Assembly (NCBI GenBank): GCA_964543035.1 | Contig: CAZIVL010000002.1 | Coordinates: 58,340 to 122,339, forward strand | DNA length: 64,000 nt | Direction of reading: 5' to 3' | Source of the DNA: an uncultured Gammaproteobacteria bacterium | GTDB taxonomy: Bacteria > Patescibacteriota > Microgenomatia > CAZETR01 > Amesbacteraceae | Part shown: piece after piece, positions 55,043 through 61,512 of the stretch | Layout of the letters: each line of letters opens with the position of its first letter | Numbering within the stretch: position 1 is the stretch's first letter | Translations under genes and position numbers: made by a program | Notes under the pieces: generated by a model | Database searches by the model: none | The model's input: the letters and a program-made list of their open reading frames with translations, nothing else | Told to the model about the DNA's origin: nothing

Positions 55043-57378
55043 AAATTTTGAGCTCGACCAGTCCGATCCAGAACAATAGTATTGGCATCGCCGTAACCTC
55101 CGGCACAATCGAGACACAGATCAATACCTAGGGGATCCGTGATGACCAAATGATCTTGGTATTCGATGTCTCCCGCAAAATCTGTCACTTGTCTGGGAGT
55201 GGCTGGTACATTGCGTGACTTGAGAATGGGAATGGATTTTCTGACCGACCCTTGGACTGCAGGAACTGTGCCAGCAAGAAAATATTCGTACCTGGGGGAG
55301 CAGGTAGCTGGATCTGCACCGTCTGGGGCCTTGTAACCTGAGAGGGAACAGACGAGAGTACCTACGACTTCGGCGGGCTGGGATGGCCAGTGCTGGGGCA
55401 TACCTGTGAGAGCTCTTCGCATCACTTTGTTCCAAATGGGGGAGGCGCCGGTGACACCGGAGGCCACATTTGACATGGGAGTGTTGTCATTATTTCCAAC
55501 CCAGACTGCAGTCAGGAGACTCGGGGTGTAGCCCACTGTCCAATTGTCTCTTTTGTTGTTTGTCGTCCCAGTCTTTACAGATACTTCTGGGTGGCCTGGG
55601 ATATTTAGAAATGAGGACACACCAAAAGTGGCGGCACGGGCGCCGGGATCGTAGAGAATGTGGGAAATAATGAAGGCCGTGCCGGGGGAGATGACACGAG
55701 TGTCGGAAACACCCTGTATAACGTATCTTGTATCTTGTATCTTGTATTCTGAATAAGGATTTGGCTGGTTGTCAGTATTTACTTCACGACTTTTTACTTG
55801 TTCGAGAATTTTTCCGTTGCGGTCCATGACGACTAAAATGGGATTGAGGTCTACTCTTTTGCCAGCGTTGGCCAGAACTCCATAGGCAGTTGAGAGATCG
55901 AGCATGGTGACCTCGCCCCCGCCCAAAGCAATACTAGGCCCATATTTGGTGGGATCGGTGTATGTCGAGAATCCGAAAGCTGAAGCCGAGGCCACAAAAT
56001 TGCCTAAGCCTTCCATGACGAGGGCTTTGACGGCTGGAATGTTGAAAGAATTGCCGAGAGCAAAACGAACTTGGGTGGGGCCGTGGAACTGGACATCGTA
56101 ATTTTGGGGACAATAAATCTCTTGACCTGCTTGAGCAAAACACGTAGCTTTGTCTGCAAGAAGGGTGCTGGCTGTAAATGTGCGATGCTCGATACCTAGA
56201 GCATAGGTAATGGGTTTGATACTGGAGCCTGGCTGACGCTTGGCCAAAGTTACATTTACATTGCCATCATCTTCAATATTGAAATAATCTTTGGATCCAA
56301 CCATAGCCAGAACTTCACCGGTTTTGGGATTGGTGACCAAGGCTGCACCGTTTCCGACTTTTTCGCGGGTGAGCTTGGCTACTTCGGAAGCGACAGTGTC
56401 TTGGGCAAAATTTTGGAGCTCAAGATCGAGGGTGGTGATGACGGTCAGACCATCTTGCTCGACTTTTTCGATGCCGTATTTTTCGATGAGCTTGTCTTTT
56501 ACCCAAAGAGAGAAATGAGGAGCTTTGAGAACTGGAGGGGATGAGAAGACTAATTCGGTGTTGATGGCTGAGTCATACTCTTCTTGAGAAATAAACTTGG
56601 CATCCAGCATCTGACTCAAAATATATTTTTGACGATCGAGACCCAGCTCGGGACGGGATCCAAAGGGAGAATAATACGAAGGGGCTTGGGGGAGGGCCGC
56701 CAGAAGAGCGGCTTCGGAGAGAGTAAGAGCTGTCGCTGGTTTGCCAAAATAAGCGTTGCTGGCTGCTTCCAATCCATATGCTGTGCCACCATATGGAATC
56801 TGGTTGAGATAGAGCTCCAGAATCTCATCTTTTTTGTAGAGGTTTTCGACAGCTAGACTCAAGACCAACTCACGAATCTTTCTTCTGATGGTTCTGTCAT
56901 CAACTAAGAGGGCTTTTTTTACTAACTGCTGAGTAATAGTGGAACCACCTTGGAGTTTTTGTCTAAAAAATGTACTAAAAAGGGCTCTACTTATGCCTTT
57001 TAAAGAGAAACCTGAGTGAGAATAAAAATCGCGATCTTCGGCGGCGAGGGTGGCTTGCCAGACGTACTTGGGGAGAGTGTCTAACTTGATGGGAGTCCTA
57101 CGACCTACGGAAAAAATCTCATAAATGATTTTGCCGTTTCTATCTAATAGTTTTGTGGAAGCGGGAGCGGGGTGGGTGGTGAGCTCGCGGGGATTTGGGA
57201 GATCCCAGAAGATATAGATGGACATAAGCACTAAAAAAATAAATCCTAAGGACCAAAAGAGGCGTTTTTTTCCTGACGGAAATTTCCACTTGGTCTGGAA
57301 GCGGGCGACTAGCTTGTCCTTATACTCCTTGGTTTTTGCTTGATCGTAGGTTCTTGCCTTTTTGGGCATATATTGCAA
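55039..57378 (-). CDS. class A penicillin-binding protein, second paralog
   Basis: AAEDRDFYSHSGF, GGSTITQQLVK, GSSIKP, KTGTTNN; same architecture as the 52560 gene. Confidence 0.9.
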   Translation of the reverse strand: MQYMPKKARTYDQAKTKEYKDKLVARFQTKWKFPSGKKRLFWSLGFIFLVLMSIYIFWDLPNPRELTTHPAPASTKLLDRNGKIIYEIFSVGRRTPIKLDTLPKYVWQATLAAEDRDFYSHSGFSLKGISRALFSTFFRQKLQGGSTITQQLVKKALLVDDRTIRRKIRELVLSLAVENLYKKDEILELYLNQIPYGGTAYGLEAASNAYFGKPATALTLSEAALLAALPQAPSYYSPFGSRPELGLDRQKYILSQMLDAKFISQEEYDSAINTELVFSSPPVLKAPHFSLWVKDKLIEKYGIEKVEQDGLTVITTLDLELQNFAQDTVASEVAKLTREKVGNGAALVTNPKTGEVLAMVGSKDYFNIEDDGNVNVTLAKRQPGSSIKPITYALGIEHRTFTASTLLADKATCFAQAGQEIYCPQNYDVQFHGPTQVRFALGNSFNIPAVKALVMEGLGNFVASASAFGFSTYTDPTKYGPSIALGGGEVTMLDLSTAYGVLANAGKRVDLNPILVVMDRNGKILEQVKSREVNTDNQPNPYSEYKIQDTRYVIQGVSDTRVISPGTAFIISHILYDPGARAATFGVSSFLNIPGHPEVSVKTGTTNNKRDNWTVGYTPSLLTAVWVGNNDNTPMSNVASGVTGASPIWNKVMRRALTGMPQHWPSQPAEVVGTLVCSLSGYKAPDGADPATCSPRYEYFLAGTVPAVQGSVRKSIPILKSRNVPATPRQVTDFAGDIEYQDHLVITDPLGIDLCLDCAGGYGDANTIVLDRTGRAQNF

Positions 57379-57606
57379 TTATACCGGTTCTTCTTATATG
57401 ATGTAGCTATGGCAGCCAAGAAGAAGGCTCAAGGTGGCAAAGAAGCAGAGGTGCAAAGTGAAGCTCTTGATGGCGAAGAGAAGCTAGATCCTCAAGAAGA
57501 AAAAGTATTGGACTGGATACTCAAAGGAATCGTGATATTTGTCCTGGCCTGGCTCGGACTATCGGTACTACTGGTCATCGGGGGACTATTTGGGGTGTGG
57601 AAGTAA
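57340..57606 (+). CDS. small protein with C-terminal TM helix
   Basis: 88 aa; acidic/lysine-rich N-part then IVIFVLAWLGLSVLLVIGGLFGV. Confidence 0.3.
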   Translation: MIVGSCLFGHILQLYRFFLYDVAMAAKKKAQGGKEAEVQSEALDGEEKLDPQEEKVLDWILKGIVIFVLAWLGLSVLLVIGGLFGVWK

Positions 57607-58284
57607 ATGGATGGAGAACCGCTGAGCGAGAGAATAGGAGAAGTAAAAGAAAGAGAGAGTAAAGAGGCCAGGAGACTGTATGTAGTGGTACATGCACAAA
57701 ATGTGGCGAGTGCAGATATCGCAAATGTAGATTTGGGACACAGGCTTGAAGAAAGGTTTCGAATGGATAAGGATGATGTGATGTGGTTTATGCCCATGAA
57801 TTTTGATAAGTCACTAAGCCAACAAAAAACTGAAGTGCGTAAGAACCTGTTTGCAAAAGCTGCAAATCCTAATGTTGGAGATTGGATAAGTTTATACAGA
57901 AGTTTTAAAGGAAAAAGTCCAGAACAGGTGATGCTGAGTCATGAGATGGTATTTAGCGAAACTATTCAATCTTCAGGGAAACAAAAGATTGATGATATGG
58001 TGGAAAGGACTGAACAGAAAGGATGGGAGATTACAAATAACACTGAGGTAATCGTAGGTGGAGAGATTACCGAGTGGTGTGTAAAAAATGCTGTATTGGC
58101 TATTTTTAAATCTCCTAAATTTAATAGGATATGGATTGATACTGCCGCGTCTAAACCTGAGAGAACTACTGACAGAGCGGTTGAAAGAATAGTGGGTGAA
58201 ATTGAATACACCGAAAGGTGGGGTCTTCATGCCAAATATAATCAGGAGAGAAAAATGGTGGAGGTTACTCGAAGAGTGAATTAG
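57607..58284 (+). CDS. hypothetical protein (weak isochorismatase/cysteine-hydrolase-like pattern)
   Basis: LYVVVHAQNV and EVIVGGEITEWCV resemble the two core strands of isochorismatase-family proteins, but the usual Asp is replaced; speculative. Confidence 0.3.
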   Translation: MDGEPLSERIGEVKERESKEARRLYVVVHAQNVASADIANVDLGHRLEERFRMDKDDVMWFMPMNFDKSLSQQKTEVRKNLFAKAANPNVGDWISLYRSFKGKSPEQVMLSHEMVFSETIQSSGKQKIDDMVERTEQKGWEITNNTEVIVGGEITEWCVKNAVLAIFKSPKFNRIWIDTAASKPERTTDRAVERIVGEIEYTERWGLHAKYNQERKMVEVTRRVN

Positions 58285-59507
58285 GATTGGGTGAGCCATT
58301 CTTGAGCGACGAGAGTTTGGAGAGCTGTTCTTTGGGGTGTGAAGACGTCAATTTGTTCGGGTTGGATGTCTAACTTTGGGAGAGTGGGTTGGACTTGGCC
58401 GGTTTGAATTACGGCATCGAGGTTGTCGGCAATCAACGCGTAGGTAATTGCCGTATGGCGCATATTGTTGCCCTCGATGTTTTTTAGAATAATTTCATTG
58501 ACGGCTTTGCCTAAATCTTGTGGATTGTAGCCTGCAATCCTGGCTTCAATAAGAGTTCTGCACATTCTGGAGACGTCTTTTCGTAAAGGATGATTGCGCC
58601 ACTCTCTGAAAACTTCGTCGTCGGATATTCCTCGGGCTCTGAGATCGCCTACCAAATTTCCAATTTTGTGAGCAATAAACAAATCGTCAGGGAGAGTTTT
58701 TATATCAGTGCCTAGTATCTCTGAAGCTGCCAATTCTACTACTGCCTCTTGCCAGGTAGATATGGCAGAGTGATCTCCTGCTTGATCGCCAACTGTTAAA
58801 TGATCTGCAGGCCGGGCTTGTTTTTCTCTTCTGTCTGCAGCATCCACTATCTGACTGTAGTCAGGGTTCAGATAGGTATGACCAGTCTCGTGTGTACCTA
58901 CTCGATATGCTAAATCGGCGTTTTTCCCCTGGCAAGATTCGGGATATAAACTGGAATAATCGTCGGTAAGAAGCTGGGTGGTGGTAATCAAACTGAGCTC
59001 TCCTGCTGAAATACTTGTGGTGAGGGTTCGATTGTCTAGCGAGACTGCAGCAACTGCTTTTTGGGTGGGATCTATGTTTACGGAAACAGTGGGAGGTCGG
59101 TCAAGAAGGGGATTGTAACCACCATACTTTAGATGGTCGGTGTATTGGCGAAGGTGGGGATAGGCTTCTAAATATTTGTTCCAGGCGGAGTGGGCGACCG
59201 CAGCAAATGTAGCTTCGTCTAGACCTGCAAGTTCGTGGGCAAGGCGATTTAGATCCTCGGTTGTAAGAGGTGAGTGGTCTCCTACTTTTGTGCGCAACTC
59301 TTCTACTGGTGATTTTGGGGTTTCTAGACTTTGGATATTTGTGGCTAGTAGTTTTCTGTTGTCAGGTTGGTTTTTGATTTCAGTTTTACTATTTTTTTTG
59401 GGTAGATCGGTAGGCTCGATTGAATCTGGAATGGGATTCATGGGATGATTGTAGCACCAGAGTATTGAGTCCTTGATTTGATAAAATTGACCTATGGGGA
59501 TGTACAA
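58281..59507 (-). CDS. hypothetical protein with HExxH zincin-like motif
   Basis: 408 aa; VGTHETGHTYLNPDYSQIVDAADRRE contains HETGH plus a downstream Glu; no signal peptide obvious. Confidence 0.35.
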   Translation of the reverse strand: MYIPIGQFYQIKDSILWCYNHPMNPIPDSIEPTDLPKKNSKTEIKNQPDNRKLLATNIQSLETPKSPVEELRTKVGDHSPLTTEDLNRLAHELAGLDEATFAAVAHSAWNKYLEAYPHLRQYTDHLKYGGYNPLLDRPPTVSVNIDPTQKAVAAVSLDNRTLTTSISAGELSLITTTQLLTDDYSSLYPESCQGKNADLAYRVGTHETGHTYLNPDYSQIVDAADRREKQARPADHLTVGDQAGDHSAISTWQEAVVELAASEILGTDIKTLPDDLFIAHKIGNLVGDLRARGISDDEVFREWRNHPLRKDVSRMCRTLIEARIAGYNPQDLGKAVNEIILKNIEGNNMRHTAITYALIADNLDAVIQTGQVQPTLPKLDIQPEQIDVFTPQRTALQTLVAQEWLTQS

Positions 59508-59715
59508 CGTGATATTGACTGATAAACCATGCTCTGTGTGTGGGGCTAAAGTTCAGTGGCAGACAAAAGATCTTGTGATTGATGATATCTACCCTGTTGC
59601 AAATTATTGTGACAGCTTTCAGTTGAATGAAAGGATGGATGCTGAAATTTATACAACTTGCGATAAATGTGGGACATCCTTGGAACTGAAAATTGTAAAG
59701 GGGAAGATAGTGTAG
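59494..59715 (+). CDS. small zinc-ribbon protein
   Basis: 73 aa; CSVCGAK ... CDKCGTS, two CxxC pairs about 45 aa apart. Confidence 0.4.
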   Translation: MGMYNVILTDKPCSVCGAKVQWQTKDLVIDDIYPVANYCDSFQLNERMDAEIYTTCDKCGTSLELKIVKGKIV

Positions 59716-59718
59716 AAT

Positions 59719-60228
59719 TTGGTGATGGAAAATTATCAGAGCTCTAATTGGTGGAACTACATGGATGACACGATGAGGGATCTGGCGACACAATCGCACA
59801 CGCTTTTGGAAACATTTAAGGACGATGGAAAGTCTGGACATCATGACTACTCATTTGTCGTGTTTCCGATGTCCAAAGCCTATGAGGGTTTCCTCAAAAA
59901 GCTATTTTTGGATATGGGGCTGATTGGAATGGCGCAGTACAAAGGGGAGCACTTAAGAATCGGAAAAATACTCAATCCAAACCTACCAAGAAGATATAGA
60001 TCGGGTTGGGTGTTTGAAAAACTATCTGCTGCTTGTGGCGGAGAAGACCTACCGCTGACTCTGTGGGAAACATGGAAGAGAGCCCGAAACCGAGTATTTC
60101 ATTTTTTTCCGGATCACGCTGAATTTCTCACCTATGAAGAAGCGAAAAACCTAATAAATAAAATAATGGAAGCTATGGATAAAGCCTTGGCTGGATGTGA
60201 AGTGAAGAGTATGCCCAACGCTGTATAA
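59719..60228 (+). CDS. hypothetical protein with HEPN-like R-x4-H motif
   Basis: 169 aa; ARNRVFHF (R-N-x-x-x-H) near the C-terminal third in a predicted helical protein; 3 nt downstream of the zinc-ribbon ORF. Confidence 0.3.
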   Translation: MVMENYQSSNWWNYMDDTMRDLATQSHTLLETFKDDGKSGHHDYSFVVFPMSKAYEGFLKKLFLDMGLIGMAQYKGEHLRIGKILNPNLPRRYRSGWVFEKLSAACGGEDLPLTLWETWKRARNRVFHFFPDHAEFLTYEEAKNLINKIMEAMDKALAGCEVKSMPNAV

Positions 60229-60303
60229 TTTGCAAGCAAATTTGGTTGTGCATATATCCAACTTCGTTGTATGTTGTTGGCTATAGTTGAGACCCTTGAC
60301 TGA

Positions 60304-60945
60304 TTGTGGCATACTGATTGGTGCCCTATGGGAGAGAAGTCAGAAATGATTCGGACTTGGGGGAGCCTGAGAGCTGCTGCTTTTGGTAGTGTAGCTGCTG
60401 TGTTTTTGGGAAGCTTGGTACTTTTGGTCTCGCTACTGGCAATATCGCCTTCGGTTGTGTCTCCGCATGAAGTCACGGCCCTAATCGGGGAAGTGCCCAA
60501 GGTCGAATACTACTTGCCATATCCGGGAATACTGCCAGACAGTCCGCTGTATAAGATCAAAGCGGCTCGGGATAAAGTATCGCTACTTGTGACTCTAAAC
60601 CCAGAAAAGAAGGCTGAGAAAGAACTGTTTTTGGCTGACAAAAGAATAAACGCAGCTCTGGCTCTTTATGATGGCGGAAAAGTAGATCTGGCAATATCGG
60701 TGGCTACTAAAGCTGAGAAATATCTGGCTTCGTCTGTAAAGGGGGCAGTGAAACTGGCGTCTGAAGGAAAAGATGTCAAATCTCTTTTGAACCGATTGTC
60801 TCTTGCTACTATGAAGCATGTGGAACTGCTGAACTCTTTTAAGACAAAATCGAACGGAACGCAGGGAGTAGTGTTGGAAACAGTTATGGTAGAGGTGGAT
60901 GCCCTACATGATCTGGTGGATCAAGCCTTGGTGGAGAGTGAGTGA
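60304..60945 (+). CDS. DUF5667-like secreted/anchored protein
   Basis: N-terminal TM; YYLPYPGILPDSPLYKIK motif as recalled for DUF5667; helical remainder. Confidence 0.4.
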   Translation: MWHTDWCPMGEKSEMIRTWGSLRAAAFGSVAAVFLGSLVLLVSLLAISPSVVSPHEVTALIGEVPKVEYYLPYPGILPDSPLYKIKAARDKVSLLVTLNPEKKAEKELFLADKRINAALALYDGGKVDLAISVATKAEKYLASSVKGAVKLASEGKDVKSLLNRLSLATMKHVELLNSFKTKSNGTQGVVLETVMVEVDALHDLVDQALVESE

Positions 60946-60960
60946 TCTGATTAGATATAG

Positions 60961-61013
60961 TTGACATTGGTTATCTAGTGTTTTAGTCTAGTGTTCGTCA
61001 CTAAATGTAGTAT
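60961..61013 (+). promoter_or_regulatory. putative nrdR promoter (TTGACA-N17-TAGTCT) and NrdR-box-like imperfect palindrome
   Basis: TTGACA 60961-60966; TAGTCT 60984-60989; CACTAAATGTAGTA at 60999-61012 approximates the ACTA-N4-TAGT core of NrdR boxes and overlaps the nrdR ATG. Confidence 0.3.
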
Positions 61014-61461
61014 GCGTTGCCCTTTTTGTGCGGTCCTTGACACATCAGTATTGGAGTCCAGGGTGGCCGAAGACGGTCAATCTTTGCGACGCAGAAGAGA
61101 GTGCCAAAAATGTGAGAAAAGGTTTACTACTTTTGAAAGAGTAGAAGGACCCACAATTTTTGTCATCAAGCGTGACGGAGGTCGAGAACCATTTGACCGG
61201 GAAAAGATCATCCGGGGGGTGAGTCGGTCATTTGATAAAAGACCAGTGTCCATTGATCTGATACATCATCTGGCTGATGAAGTAGAAAGAGAAGTGAGAC
61301 GCAAAGAAGTCTCTGAGATATCTTCTAAGGCTATTGGCCGGATGGTACTTAAGAGACTCAAAAATATAGACAAGGTGGCCTGGGTGAGGTTCGCCAGCGT
61401 GTATCTGGAGCTGACAGACTTGACCGCTTTCGAAAGACTCATTGAAAAGATAACTAGTTAA
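61012..61461 (+). CDS. nrdR: transcriptional repressor NrdR
   Basis: MRCPFC...ECQKCEKRFTTFE zinc ribbon followed by an ATP-cone; start chosen at the conserved MRCPFC. Confidence 0.9.
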   Translation: MRCPFCAVLDTSVLESRVAEDGQSLRRRRECQKCEKRFTTFERVEGPTIFVIKRDGGREPFDREKIIRGVSRSFDKRPVSIDLIHHLADEVEREVRRKEVSEISSKAIGRMVLKRLKNIDKVAWVRFASVYLELTDLTAFERLIEKITS

Positions 61462-61512
61462 AAACTAAAAACAAAAAAACTAAGTACCAAATAACAACTA
61501 AGTAATCAAATT

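Noticed and set aside
61462-61512. NrdR box between nrdR and the RNR gene
   Set aside because: The 51-nt spacer is A-rich (AACTAAGTA direct repeats) with no ACAC-N-GTGT-type palindrome. A candidate box was found only upstream of nrdR itself.
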